The position numbers were made by a program, and so were the translations under genes. From assembly GCA_051313645.2 (NCBI GenBank), contig JBNRSN020000001.1:420608001-420672000 (forward strand): a stretch of 64,000 nucleotides of DNA, in the 5' to 3' direction. Under the pieces are notes generated by a model, which was given only the letters and a program-made list of their open reading frames with translations, made no database searches and had not been told where the DNA came from. The DNA is from Centroscyllium fabricii. Taxonomy: Eukaryota. Positions 12,480 to 25,800 of the stretch are shown in pieces; within the stretch, counting starts at the first letter, position 1; every line of letters starts with the position of its first letter.

Positions 12480-12659
12480 ATGAATCAGGTATGGACTGCT
12501 AGTTACCATTATCTGAAATTTATTTTATATGTGTTGATGTACTTTATATAATGGGGAAAAAAGATATAAACAAATATAAGCATGTATTTGTTTGCTGTTG
12601 GCACCAATCACAGATCATGCCCAGTCACCTACAATCAACCACAATATTGGGGATCGAAA

Positions 12660-15600
12660 CATGGAAACAAGCCTGCTCCGCCATTTAATGAGATCATGGC
12701 TGATCATCCAAATTCAGTACCCTGTCCCTGCTTTCTCCCCATATCCATTGATCCCTATAGCCTTAAGAAATATATCTAACTCCTTCTTGAATATATTTAA
12801 TGAATTGGCTGATGGCTTATCAATAACTTTAGAGATGAGAAGTTGAGGAGTGAACTAAAGGCTTTTATTCACTAAGACATGAGCATGCCCCAGCTAGTCG
12901 ACTGATCCCAGAATGATTGGGGGAGGGAGACAGTCGCCTTTATACCTGGGTCTGGGGAGGAGGAGCCACAGGCGGGGTCAGAACAGGCATGCCCGGACAA
13001 GCTATACATGAAAGACTATGTACAAACAGTAGAGGTCACACACACAATGCATACAGATACAAACATATATATACAGTGGTTTACCACATTCACCCCTTGT
13101 TTAAAATAAAGTCCGGCGGGGTAATGTTGGGCAACCATCAAAGGTTCAGTCTCTCGGGCGGTTTGGTCTGCCCTGTAGAGCGGCGTACAGTTGGCGGTGG
13201 AGTCGGCGGCGGCAGAATCGGCGGCGGTGCTTGCTCCGACGCGGGGCCCCTTACGGTTACGGTCACTGGCGCGCTCTCCCACTCGTCGTCCGGCCAGCGG
13301 GTGTGTAGGTTTGGGGGCCATACCGTGCTGCCTGCAGGTGCTGGGTGGGCGTACCGTGGTGCTGGTGCCTCGAGGTGGATGACGTACCGTGGCGCTGGTG
13401 CCCCGAGGGTGGCAGTGGGGGGGTGGGGTGCGGGCTGGTGGGTCGTGGTGGTCTCGGGGGCACCCGAGGGTTCCAGGTCCTTGATGGACACCATGTCCTC
13501 CCGCCCTTCAGGGTACGCCACGTAGGCGTACTGGGGGTTGGCGTGGAGGAGGTGGACCCGTTCGACCAGGGGGTCCGACCTATGGCCCCTCACGTGCTTC
13601 CGGAGCAGGACAGGTCCTGGGGACGATAGCCAAGACGGCAGCGAGGTCCCTGAAGCCGACTTCCTGGGGAAGGCAAAAAGTCGCTCGTGAGGGGTGGCGT
13701 TAGTGGCCATACACAGAAGTGACCTAATGGAGTGGAGCGCTTCGGGGAGGACGGCCTGCCAGCGGGAGACTGGGAGGCCCTTAGACCGCAGGGCTAATAG
13801 GATGGCCTTCCAGACGGTGGCGTTCTCCCTCTCCACCTGTCCGTTCCCCCGGGGGTTATAGCTGGTAGTCCTGCTCGTGGTAATGCCCTTGGCAAGCAGA
13901 AACTGACGCAGCTCGTCACTCATAAAAGAGGTGCCCCGGTCGCTATGGATGTAGCTGTGGTACACGAACAGGGAAACGGTGCTGTGCAGTGCCCTAATGA
14001 CCGTGGAGGAGGTCATGTCTGGGCAGTGGATGGCGAAGGGGAAACGTGAGTACTCATCAATGACATTGAGGAAGTACACGTTGCGGTTAGAGGAGGGGAG
14101 GGGCCCTTTAAAGTCGACGCTGAGTCGCTCAAAGGGGCGGGTGGCCTTGATCAGGTGTGCCCGGTCCGGCCGGAAGAAGTGCGGCTTGCACTTTGCACAG
14201 ACCCGGCAGTTCTTGGTCATGGTCCTGACCTCCTCGATGGAGTAAGGGAGGTTGCGGGACTTAATAAAATGGACGAACCTGGTGACCCCCGGGTGGCAGA
14301 GGTCGTTGTGCAGGGTCTGGAGACGGTCCACTTGTGCACTGGCACATGTACCGCGGGACAGGGCATCTGGGGGCTCATTGAATTTCCCGGGCCGGTACAA
14401 GATATCGTAATTGAAAGCGGAGAGTTCGATTCTCCACCTCAATATCTTGTCATTCTTGATTTTGCCCCGCTCTTTGTTGTTGAACATAAAAGCGACTGAG
14501 CGTTGGTCAGTCAGCAGGGTAAATCGTTTGCCGGCCAGGTAGTGCTTCTAGTGTCGCACTGCTTCAACAATGGCCTGGGCCTCCTCCTCAACGGAAGAGT
14601 GTCGGGTCTCGGGGCCCTGGAGGGTGCGCGAGAAGAAGGCCACGGTTCTGCCCGCCTGGTTAAGGGTGGCGGCCAGGGCGAAGTCGGACGCATCGCTCTC
14701 CACCTGGAACGGGTTGGATTTGTCCACTGCGTGCATCGCGGCCTTTGCGATGTCCTGTTTTATGTCGCTGAAGGCCATGCGGGCCTCTGCCGACAGGGGA
14801 AAAGAGGTCGATTTGATGAGTGGGCGGGCCTTGTCCGCGTAGTTGGGGACCCACTGGACATAATAGGAAAAGAACCCCGGGCACCTTTTCAGGGCCTTGA
14901 GGGAGTGGGGGAAGGGGAGCTCCAGGAGGGGGCGCATGCGGTCCGGGTCGGGACTGATGACCCCATTCTCCACAACACAGCCGAGGATGGCGAGGCGGGT
15001 TGTCCTGAACACACATTTGTGTTATATGTCAGGTTCAGGGTTTTGGCAGTGTGGAGAAATTTCTGGAGGTTGGTGTCGTGGTCCTGATGGTCGTGGCCGC
15101 AGATGGTAACATTATCGAGGTACGGAAAGGTGGCCCGCAGTCCGTACTGATCTACCATTCGGTCCATCTCCCGTTGGAAGACCGAGACCCCGTTAGTGAC
15201 ACCAAATGGAACCCTGAGGAAGTGATAGAGGCGGCCGTCTGCTCGAAGGCAGTATAGTGGCGGTCCTCTGGGCGGATGGGGATACGCAGATTTTAAATCG
15301 ATGGTCGAGAAGACCCGATACTGCGCGATCTGGTTCACCATGTCCGCTATGCGGGGGAGGGAATACGTGTCCAGTTGCGTAAACCGATTAATGGTCTGAC
15401 TGTAGTCAATGACCATTCGGTGCTTGGCTCCGGTCTTTACAACTACTACCTGGGCCCTCCTGGGGCTATTACTGGCCTCGATGACCCCTTCCCTCAGGAG
15501 CCGTTTCACCTCCGACTTAATAAAGTCTCTGTCCCCGGTACTGTAGCGCCTACTTTTGGTGGCGACGGGCTTGCAGTCTGGGGTGAGGTTGGCGAAGAGT

Positions 15601-18600
15601 GAGGGAGGGGCGATCTTAAGGGTCGAGAGGCCACAGGTAGCGGGCTGTGGGCACTGTGCGGAGCGCTGGTTGCTGACCGTGAGCGGGGGAAGGGGCCCAC
15701 CATACGCCATTGTCACGCTCTGGAGATGGCATTGGAAATCAAGACCCAGCAGTAGGGGAGCGCAGAGCTGCGGCAGCACGAATAGCTTAAAATTTTGGAA
15801 GTGTACGCCCCGCACTGTCAGGGTCACTACGCAGCAACCGCAGACATCCGCTGATTCGGACCTCGTAGCCATAGAGATTTTTTGGCTTGACGGTGTTACT
15901 CTTAGTGAGAAGCGCTTTACCGTATTGGGGTGTACAAAGCTCGCCGTACTCCCGCTGTCGAAAAGGCAGTCTGTAGTTCGGCCGTTCACCTGCACCGACA
16001 TCATCGACTTGCTTAGCGGTTGACTCTTGTCTTGGTCGAGGGTGATTGAGGCCAGGATCGGGTCCGTCGGGTCAGTGGAGAGGTCAGGGGCCTGGTCCCA
16101 AGATGGCTGCCCCCACGCGGCGGGCTGTGTGGAAGATGGCTGTGTCCAAGATGGCGTGGCTGGCTGAGTCCAAGATGGCCTCTGCCCCCACGCGGCAGGC
16201 TGTGTGGAAGATGGCTGTATCCAAGATGGCGCTGCCCGCTGTGTCCAAGATGGCGGCCCCCACGGGCCACACGCGGCGCTGCTGGGTTTGGGGGTCGATT
16301 GCGCTGCCGCTCTGCATACCTTGGCGTATGGCCCTTCTTCCCGCACTTGGAACAGGTCGCGTCCTTTGCCGGGCAATTCCATCTGGGGTGCTGGGCCTGG
16401 CCGCAGAAATAACATTTTGGGCCTTTCGAGTTTGTAGCCGCGGTCAGCTCGTCCATGGGTCGCAATGCGGCCGGCTGCATCCAAGATGGCGGCGTCCGCG
16501 ATGTGCCTGCATGGTCAGAGTTGTAGGCGGCCTTATTGTGGGACGCCAGGTCCAGTGAGTTCGCAAGCTCTGCTGTCGCCTGCAGGTCCAGGCCATCCTT
16601 CTCCAACAGTCTCTGCCTGATATAGTCTGACCTGAGGCCGGCGACGTAGGCGTCCCTGATGAGACTTTCAGCGTGCACAACGGCCGTCTGTGCTCTACAA
16701 TTGCATGCCCGGCAGAGGACTCTCAGCGCTCGCAGGAACTCCATGCTCGATTCCCCGGGTTGCTGCTTTCGGGTGGCCAGGAGGTGTCTGGCGTAGACCA
16801 CGTTAGGTGCCCGGGTGTATTCACTCTTCAAGATTCTGACCGCCTCGGTGTAGGACGTAGCGTCCGCGATGATCGAGTATACCTGAGGGCCCACCTGGGC
16901 GTTGAGGAGGCGCAGTTTGTCCCTGTCCGCCTGGTCGATCGCGGCGGAGGCTTCGAGGTACGCCTCAAAGCAGTTGAACCAGTGCGTAAAAGTGTTAGAG
17001 GCACCTGGCGCTTGGGGATCTAGTTCTAACGTCGCGGATTTCAGCATTTGCTCCATGATGAAAACTTAGTGAATAAAATTGATGCCTAATCAATAACTTC
17101 AGAAACGAGAAGTTGAGGAGTGAACTAAAGGCTTTTATTCACTAAGACATGAGCATGCCCCAGCTAGTCGACTGATCCCAGAATGATTGGGGGTGGGAGA
17201 CAGTCGCCTTTATACCTGGGTCCGGGGAGGAGGAGCCACAGGCGGGGTCAGCACGGGCATGCCCGGACAAGCTATACATGAAAGACTATGTACAAACAGT
17301 GGAGGTCACACACACAATGCATACAGATACAAACATATATATACAGTGGTTTACCACATTGGCCTCAACTGCCTTCTGTGGTAGAGAATTCCATAGGTTA
17401 ACCACTCTCTGGGTGAAGAAATTCCTCCTCATCTCTGTCCTAAATGGCTTACCCCTTATCCCTAGACCATGACCCCTGGTTCTGGACTCCCGGCCATTGG
17501 GAACATCCTTCCTGCATCTAGTCTGTCTATTCCTGTTAGAATTTTATAAGTTTCAATGAGATCCCCTCTCATTCTTCTAAACTCTAGCGAATATAAGCCG
17601 AATCGACCCAATCTCTCTCCATACATCATTCCTGCCATCCCAGGTATCAGTGTGGTGAATCTTCGCTGCACTTCCTCCGTGGCAAGAACATCCTTCCTCA
17701 GATAAGGTGACCAAAACTGCACACAATATTCAAGGTGTGGTCTCACCAAAGCCCTGTACAACTGCAGAAAGACATCCTTGCTCCTGTACTCTAACCCTCT
17801 CGCTATGAAGGCCAACATACCACTTGTCTTCTTAACTGCCCTGCTGCACTTGCATGCTTACTTTCAGCGACTGGTGTACAAGGACACTCAGGTCTCGTTG
17901 CACTTCCCCTTTTCCCACTCTATTGCTGTTCAGATAATAATCTGTCTTCCTGTTTTTGCCACCAAAGCGGATAACCTTGCATTTATCCACATTATACTGC
18001 ATCTGCCATACATCTGCCCAATCACCCAACGTGTCCAAATCATACAGGAGTTTCTCTGCATCCTCCTCACAGCACATACGCCTACCCAGCTTTGTGTCAT
18101 CTGCAAACTTGGAGGTATTACATCTAGTTCCCTCATATAGATCATTAATATATATTGTGATTAGCTGGGGTCCTAGCACCGATCCCAGCGGTACCCCACT
18201 AGTCACTGCCTGCCACTTGGAAAAAGACCCGTTTATTCCAACTCTTTGCTTCATGTCTGCCAACCAGTTCTCTATCCAAGTCAGTACCTTACCCCCAATT
18301 CCATGTGCTTTTACTTTACACGCTAATCTCTGATGCGGGAACTTATCAAAAATCTTCTGAAAGTCCAAATACACCACATCTACTGGTTCTCCCCTATCTA
18401 TTTTACCAGTTACATCCTCAAAAAATTCCAGTAGATTAGTCAAGCAGGATTTACCTTTTGTAAATCCATGTTGACTTTGTCCGATCCTGTCACTGTTTTC
18501 CAAGTGCTCTGCTATTACATCTTTTATAATGGACTCTAGCATTTTCCCCACTACTGATGTCAGGCTTACCCGTTTTCTCTCTACCACCTTTTTTAAATAG

Positions 18601-18850
18601 TGGGGTTACATTAGCTACACTCCAATCCATCAGAACTGTTCCAAAGTCTATAGAATGTTGGAAGATGACCGTCAATGCATCTACTATCTCTAGGACCACT
18701 TCCTTAAGTACCCTAGGATGTAGATTATCAGGCCCTAGGAATTTGTCGGACTTCAATCCCGTCAATTTTCTGAACACCATTTCCCTACAATTACTGATTT
18801 CATTCAGTTCCTCCCTCTCATTAGCCCCTATGTTCCCCGACATCTCCTTT
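12660..18850 (-). mobile_element. Degenerate CR1 (RT to 3' tail), split by the Gypsy at 12810-17358
   Basis: RT fragments at 17462-18894 (FADD, PHLEYCVQFW); 3' UTR at 12660-12809; sequence is contiguous across TSD TTGGC. Confidence 0.88.
12810..17358 (-). mobile_element. Full-length Gypsy LTR retrotransposon (YLDN-RT lineage), frameshifted
   Basis: 279-bp LTRs at 12810-13088 and 17080-17358 (about 10 differences); TSD TTGGC; gag CCHC, PR DSGS, RT YLDN, RH ESDAS, IN HHCC and DDE; PPT AAGGGGTGAA; no tRNA PBS. Confidence 0.95.
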
Positions 18851-19189
18851 GTGAAGCCAGAACCTATCGAATGATAGAACATGAAAAATGACAATTTGGA
18901 AATTAAACTTCTGTAAATGTTATATGGCCCTTGGGGAAGTCATGCAACCTTCAAATTTCAAATGATCAAACATAGAAAAATCAAGGAAGGAAACAGAAAT
19001 GAAACAATAAGGCAAGAATAACGTTAAAAATCCAAGCATGGCACTGCAATAAATGGAATAGGCTGCCAATCACCAGTAACAAAGGTTTATTACCCCATGC
19101 AATTAAACAAATTAACTATCTACATAATCTGAATCATATATCTGGTATAATCTAACATATTAAGTGATTTGTACCCTCTAATAACTTAT

Positions 19190-19742
19190 ATTAGAGGGGA
19201 TAGGGTGGGATATGTGTCAGTGCAGGCTCAATAGGGATCGAGGGATATGGGGAGAGGGCAGGGGCGGGGTGCTGGGTTTGGATGATCAGCCATGATCTCA
19301 TTGAATGGCGGAGCAGGCTCGAAGGGCCGAATGGCCTACTCCTGCTCCTATCTTCTCTGTTTCTATGTTTCTATATATGGACGACACGGTGGCACAGTGG
19401 TTAGCACTGCTGGCTCGCAATAAGGAGCTCCTTGGTTCGAATCCTGCTTGGCCCGGGATTTCTCTGCGTGGAGTTTGCATGTTCTCCCCGTGTTCGTGTG
19501 GGTTTCCGCCGAGTACTCCGGTTTCCTCCCACCACCCAAAGACATGCACATTAGGTGAATTGGAGATTCTAAAAAGTGCCCATGACTTTGTGTGTGAGAT
19601 ATAGTTCTTAGTGTCGGGGGATATGGGGAGAGGGTAGGAGGGGGGTGCTGAGTTTGGATGATCAGCCATGATTTAATCAAAATGGCAGAGCAGGCTCAAA
19701 GGGCCGAATGGCCTACTCCTGCTCCTATCTTCTGTATTTCTG
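19190..19742 (+). mobile_element. Two tandem HE1-like V-SINEs (a 3' fragment plus a near-complete copy)
   Basis: tRNA-like head CACGGTGGCACAGTGGTTAGC...GGTTCGAATCC; V-domain GTGGAGTTTGCATGTTCTCCCCGTG; CR1-type tail GAAGGGCCGAATGGCCTACTCC. Confidence 0.85.
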
Positions 19743-20445
19743 TACAACACAAATCTGCAAGTCAAGCCTAAATACTGCAAGTAGCCCGAGTGAAAGAAAA
19801 TGTTACAAGTTGTTGTACGCTGCTTTCCTGCTGTTTCGAGAGATGTATATTGCCTCTGTCTCCCTCTCTGCCAGTCCCAACAGTTGGTGCTTCAGCCTAG
19901 TTCTTCATCAGGTTTGCCTTTACCATATTTGCTGCTCAAGCCTTTAGAACCTCTCTCCAGCCAATTTTAGTTCTGATTGCTGGAGTTGCTCAGGAAAAGA
20001 GACAAAAAGAAAAAGACAGGATTGTTGCTTACAGCTTTCCCCATATTATCTGTTATTCCATCTCAACAATGTGCTTTAATGCTGATGTCAATATTTACAT
20101 TCCCAACGCAATATTTTCCAAGCTAGAAATTTTACCAGTTTGCCTGGTTGAGCTTGCTTCTAAATGACTGTTAAAGGGAAGAACCTTTCATTCTATTTGC
20201 CTGAGAATGATTTAATTCCTGCTACCATGATTGAAACTAAGGTTTTCCTATCCACTGTATCAGCAGATTTCCCCACTCCCCAACCCCTCTCCCATTACCA
20301 TTTTGTTTTTCACTACTTTGCTAGTGTTGCATTTAGTCTTTCTTCTCCTGGGCTGGTTGTAGTGGTGACTTGAGGCGGTAGCTTAAGAGAAACACTGTTA
20401 ACAAAATCTAGTTACTCGTGTATTTTCATGTTATGTTTCTCATAG

Positions 20446-20566
20446 ATTGTAGCGTCTAATTGCTCACGAACCTGTAGACCTGGAGAAAGGAAGAAAACAT
20501 CACTTAAAAACAATTGTTGTTATACTTGTAGTAACTGCCAAAGAGGATTTTACTCTGAAATAAATG
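20446..20566 (+). CDS. gprc6a-like: Class C GPCR exon, cysteine-rich domain (too short for the ORF track)
   Basis: tttctcatag|ATT acceptor; IVASNCSRTCRPGERKKTSLKNNCCYTCSNCQRGFYSEIN+G; donor G|gtaggt; 121 nt, phase 0-1, matching the phase of the last exon. Confidence 0.9.
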
Positions 20567-20817
20567 GTAGGTATCAAGCATGAGATGGCAGGGAGAAAAT
20601 CTAACATAATTTGTTCCAGATACAAAGGTATATACAAACAAAAGACTGAATATGTGGTTGGACTTCCAGTTTGTAAAGTTACTTAGAATTTTTAGTACCA
20701 TTTACAATGCTGTAATCTAATCAAAGTCTCCAAATAAGTATAAACCATAACAACAAAAATTGAGTAGTTTGATTGTAGTAATAAATTTTAGTAATAAAGT
20801 AATATAAGGGTTAAGTC

Positions 20818-21762
20818 ATGGCAGGAGATCTCGGACCCGTGTCGTGCTCCTCCTGTGCCATGTGGGAAGTCAGGGACACTTCCAGGGTCCCTGACAACTA
20901 TGTGTGCAGGAAGTGCGTCCAGCTGCAGCTCCTGACGGACCGCATGGCGGCACTGGAGCTGCGGATGGACTCACTCTGGAGCATCCGCAATGCCGAGAAC
21001 TTTGTGGATTACTCATTTAGTGAGTTGGTCACACCGCAGGTAAAGGCTAGGTCAGATAGTAAATGGGTGACCAAGAGGCAGGGCAATATCAGGAAGGTAG
21101 TGCAGGAGTCCCCTGTGGTCGTCTCCCTCCAAAACAGATATACCGTTTTGAATACTGTTGGGGGAGATGACCTACCAGGGGAAGGCACCAGCAGCCAGGT
21201 TCATGGCACCATGGCTGGCTCTGCTGCACAGCAGGGTGGGAAAAAGAGTGGTAGAGCTATAGAGATAGGGGACTCAATTGTAAGGGGAATAGACAGGAGT
21301 TTCTGTGGCTGCAACCGAGATTCCAGGATGGTATGTTGCCTCCCTGGTGCAAGGGTCAAGGATGTCTCGGAGCGGCTGCAGAACATTCTGGAGAGGGAGG
21401 GTGAACAGCCAGCTGTCGTGGTGCATGTAGGTACCAACGATATAGGTAAAAAGCGGGAAGAGGTCCTACAAGCAGAATTTAGGGAGATAGGAGCTAAATT
21501 GAAAAGTAGGACCTCAAAGGTAGTAATCTCTGGATTGCTACCAGTGCCACGTGCCAAACAGAGTAGGGAGAACAGGATAGCGAGATTAAATACATGGCTT
21601 GAGCAGTGGTGCAAGAGGGAGGGATTCAAATTCCTGAGGCATTGGAACCAGTTCTGGGGGAAGTGGGACCTGTACAAAAGGGATGGTCTGCACTTGGGCA
21701 GGACTGGAACCGATGTCCTCGGGGTAATATTTGTTCAGGCAGTTCGGGAGGATTTAAACTAA
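20818..21762 (+). CDS. CR1 ORF1p (zinc finger/leucine zipper + SGNH esterase)
   Basis: CSSC...CRKC, coiled coil, GDSIVR, HVGTND, DGLH; open from ATG to stop. Confidence 0.88.
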   Translation: MAGDLGPVSCSSCAMWEVRDTSRVPDNYVCRKCVQLQLLTDRMAALELRMDSLWSIRNAENFVDYSFSELVTPQVKARSDSKWVTKRQGNIRKVVQESPVVVSLQNRYTVLNTVGGDDLPGEGTSSQVHGTMAGSAAQQGGKKSGRAIEIGDSIVRGIDRSFCGCNRDSRMVCCLPGARVKDVSERLQNILEREGEQPAVVVHVGTNDIGKKREEVLQAEFREIGAKLKSRTSKVVISGLLPVPRAKQSRENRIARLNTWLEQWCKREGFKFLRHWNQFWGKWDLYKRDGLHLGRTGTDVLGVIFVQAVREDLN

Positions 21763-22888
21763 TATGGCAGGGGAATGGGAAACCATGTAGCGAAACGGGG
21801 AAGTAATATGCAGTCAGAAACAAATATTAGAAGAGTGAGAAACAATAGGGGAAGGCCGAGTAAACAAAGGCAAGAAACACAAAGGGCCATAATAAATCAT
21901 AAGTCTAAAAGGGCAAAGGGTGTTAATAAAACAAGCCTAAAGGCTCTGTGTCTTAATGCAAGGAGTATCTGTAATAAGGTGGGTGAATTGACTGTGCAAA
22001 TCGATGTTAACGGATATGATGTGATTGGGATTACAGAGACATGGCTCCAGAACAATCAAGGCTGGGAACTGAACATCCAGGGGTATTCAACATTCAGGAA
22101 GGATAGAATAAAAGGAAAAGGGGGTGGGGTAGCATTGCTGGTTAAAGAGGAGATTAACGCAATAGCTAGGAAGGACATTAGCTTGAAGAATGTGGAATCA
22201 TTATGGTTTGAGCTGCAGAACACCAAAGGGCAGAAAACCTTATTGGGAGTTGTGTACAGACCTCCAAACAGTAGCAGTGAAGTGGGGGAGGGTATGAAAC
22301 AGGAAATCAGAGATGCGTGCAAAAAAGGCACAGCAGTTATCATGGGTGACTTTAATATGCATATAGATTGGGCTACTCAAACTGGAAGCAATACGGTGGA
22401 GGAGGATTTCCTGGAGTGTTTAAGGGATGGTTTCCTAAACCAATATGTTGAGGAACCAACTAGAGGGGAGGCCATCCTGGACTGGGTGTTATGTAATGAG
22501 GAAGGACTAATCAGCAATCTTGTGGTGCGAGGCCCCGTGGGGAAGAGTGACCATAGTATGGTGGAGTTCTACATTAGGATGGAGAAGGAAACAGTTAATT
22601 CAGAGACCATGGTCCAAAACTTAAATAAGGGCAACTTTGAGGGTATGAGGCGTGAATTGGCGAGGTTAGATTGGCAAGCGATATTTAAGGGGTTATCAGT
22701 GGAAGGGCAATGGCAGACATTTAGAGAATGCATGGATGAACTACAACAATTGTACATCCCTGTCTGGCGTAAAAATAAAAAAGGGAAGGTGGCTCAACCA
22801 TGGCTAACAAGGGAAATCAGGGATAGCATTAAAACCAAGGAAGTGGCATACAAATTGGCCAGAAGTAGCAGCAAACCCGGGGACTGGG

Positions 22889-25800
22889 TGTAAGGGATCG
22901 GTTTAGGACCCAAACGCAGAAACACCGGAAGTCCGTAAACAGACACAAAATACCTTTATTCCCAGGACAAAATCTATATATATATATATATATATAACGA
23001 TATGATAACCACAGTGTAATAAACAATGAATGAATATAGTCAATCACAAAGAAAGCAATAGTCCAATGTCCCGAGAGCCGGTAAGCAGGAGCTCAACAAT
23101 CCAAACCCTAAGTGTTGGTAGTTGAAAAGCAAGGCCCAAAATCTGGTGCAGAAGTACTTCCAGTCCCAACAGTCCAGGGAAGATGGCTCCTGTTGTGAAC
23201 ACAGCAAGTAATCCAACTTGACCGAAACAGGCAGTCCAAAAGCAAACTCGAATAGAAACTTAACAGTAATATATAACAAAATAACAGGATGAAGAAAACA
23301 ATAGAACACTCCTACTCTCACAGCACCAGAAACCAAAACGAACTGGCAATGAACAGGTGAAGACTGGAGGCTAATAACCCTCTCCAGCTAATTGTATAAT
23401 AGGGGCTAACCAATCCAGAGAAGGACATGATAATTGGAGTAACGACTCAATAAGCTGAAAAGAACCCCTATGAACTTAAAGGGACAGTCCCAAAACCCTA
23501 AAGAAACCTCTATAAACTAAAAGGGACAGTCCACCCCATGACAGAACCCCCCCCTCAAGGGGGCGACTCCTGACGTCCCAAAGCCTCAAATGCCGGATCA
23601 GGCGGGTAAAGAAGTGTGGAGGGGAACCAATAGTCCTCGAAACACTCCTCTATGTCCGTCTCGTAATCTGACTGAGAAGAATCCTCTTCGTCTGCAGATT
23701 CCCACTCATCATCAGGTTCCTCCTCCTTGGTCAGGCTCTCCTGTAACTGAATGGCTCCGATGACTTGGCTAGATCTCTCAAGAGTCGAAGTCTCCTTGTC
23801 TGGCTGATCAAGGTGGCTCGAATGGGAGTCGCTAATGGGTTGCGTTTCCCCTATATCTTGAGTAGGACACGAAAACCTCTCCGCTGGGTCAAACTCCCTC
23901 TGCCCAACCTGTCTCTCTGGAGACCCAGAACGACTATAGTTGGCAGCAGGCGGGTCTTGGTCCGTCGCGCGAAGGCCAGAAATCTGAGCCCGTCTCAGAC
24001 AGCCCTGGTGACAGGAAAGGCTCCAGCCCAGAATATCTCCAGTGTTCCAATCAATGTGCGGGTTGTGGCGACGAAGCCAAGCGTGTCCAAGAATCAACGG
24101 AATCTGTGGTGATCGTAAAATGTGGAACTGGATACTCTCCTGATGGTCTCCAGACATCAGCATCAGCACAGGTGAGGTCTGGTGTGTCACCGTTCCCAAA
24201 AGATGACCATCAAGGGCATGGACAGGATACGACTGTGGTAGTGGCTCCTGGTCAATCCCCAGTTGCGTGACCAGATCCTCATCAATTATATTCATGTCCG
24301 CTCCAGAGTCAATACATATAATGATGCTCTGGGATCCCCTGGGGAGAAGAAATCTTGCTTGACACAAGGGTCGTGGGTTGGAAGAGAAGCCATCAGGAGC
24401 TCGGCTCATCATAACGACTCCATTGGTAGGTGAGTGCGGTCCCTTATACCTTGCTGGCCGAAACCCGGTGCGGCCCAACTGCATAGGCTCAGGACCCCCT
24501 GGCTCTACCCCTGCTGCAACCGTCTCTCTGGATGGCCCGAATCTTCCTTGGTTGCGACCCCATTGCATTGATTCGGGGGCCACTCGCTCAGGCCTAGCAG
24601 TCGCAGTCCCCCTGGGTGTCATGAATACCTCTGGAGTTTGACTAGGAGGATGTCGACCAGACCCTCCCAGACGTCTCTCACGTCGACGCGCCTGGATGCG
24701 AAGATCGATCCGGGTGGTCAGATAAATGAGTTCATCTAGGGTGGGGGGAAGGTCGTAGGAGACTAGGTCATCCTTGATATACTCGGACAGGCCATGAATA
24801 AACACCTCCCTTAAAGCGGCCTGATTCCACTCACTCCGACGAGCCCTGATACGAAAATCTATAGCGTAATTCGCCACCGTATCGTTTCCCTGGCTTAGAC
24901 TCATGAGTCCCTGGGCTGCTTCAGAGTCGAATCTCACCCTGCCAAACACCCTTCTCAATTCAGTGGAGAACGCCTCGAAAGAAAAACAAGCCTGAGTATT
25001 TCTCTCCCACTCGGCGGTTCCCCAAAGCCGGGCTCTATCCGTGAGGTGATTAATTACGAAAGCTACTCTTGTCCTCTCATTGGCAAAGGTGTGGGGCTGT
25101 AATGAAAAAAGTATGGAGCAGCTGGTGAGAAAAGGCTCACACTGCTCGGGATCACCGGCATATCGCTCTGGTACCCCGACACGGGGTTCGAGTGCGGGAG
25201 CTATTAGTTGATGCATGGGTGCTAGCCCCCCCTCTGAATCCGTGTGTGGTGGAAGCGAGACCCCTGCCGACTCCGACACTTCCCGCTGGCTCCAGGCGGT
25301 AGTCAACCCCTCTATCTTGGAAATAACTTCCCCCAAGGCCAGACCTTGGTGTGCCAGGGCCCCCTCCACATGTATCAGACGTTTCAGTGCCTCTGCTGGG
25401 TCCATGGTGGCCAGTTCGTTCTGTAAGGGATCGGTTTAGGACCCAAACGCAGAAACACCGGAAGTCCGTAAACAGACACAAAATACCTTTATTCCCAGGA
25501 CAAAATCTATATATATATATATATATATAACGATATGATAACCACAGTGTAATAAACAATGAATGAATATAGTCAATCACAAAGAAAGCAATAGTCCAAT
25601 GTCCCGAGAGCCGGTAAGCAGGAGCTCAACAATCCAAACCCTAAGTGTTGGTAGTTGAAAAGCAAGGCCCAAAATCTGGTGCAGAAGTACTTCCAGTCCC
25701 AACAGTCCAGGGAAGATGGCTCCTGTTGTGAACACAGCAAGTAATCCAACTTGACCGAAACAGGCAGTCCAAAAGCAAACTCGAATAGAAACTTAACAGT

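Noticed and set aside
16320-16335. Programmed gag-pol frameshift (also near 61996)
   Set aside because: Single-base losses at different positions in each copy, one inside the zinc knuckle; no slippery site.
19383-19450. tRNA genes (also 38262, 1889, 54330-54395)
   Set aside because: These are SINE/LINE heads that continue into repeat bodies.
23040-23336. Duplicated 98-aa hydrophobic ORF as an env-like gene (also 25573-25869)
   Set aside because: It lies within the LTRs, has a non-ATG start and shows no envelope features.
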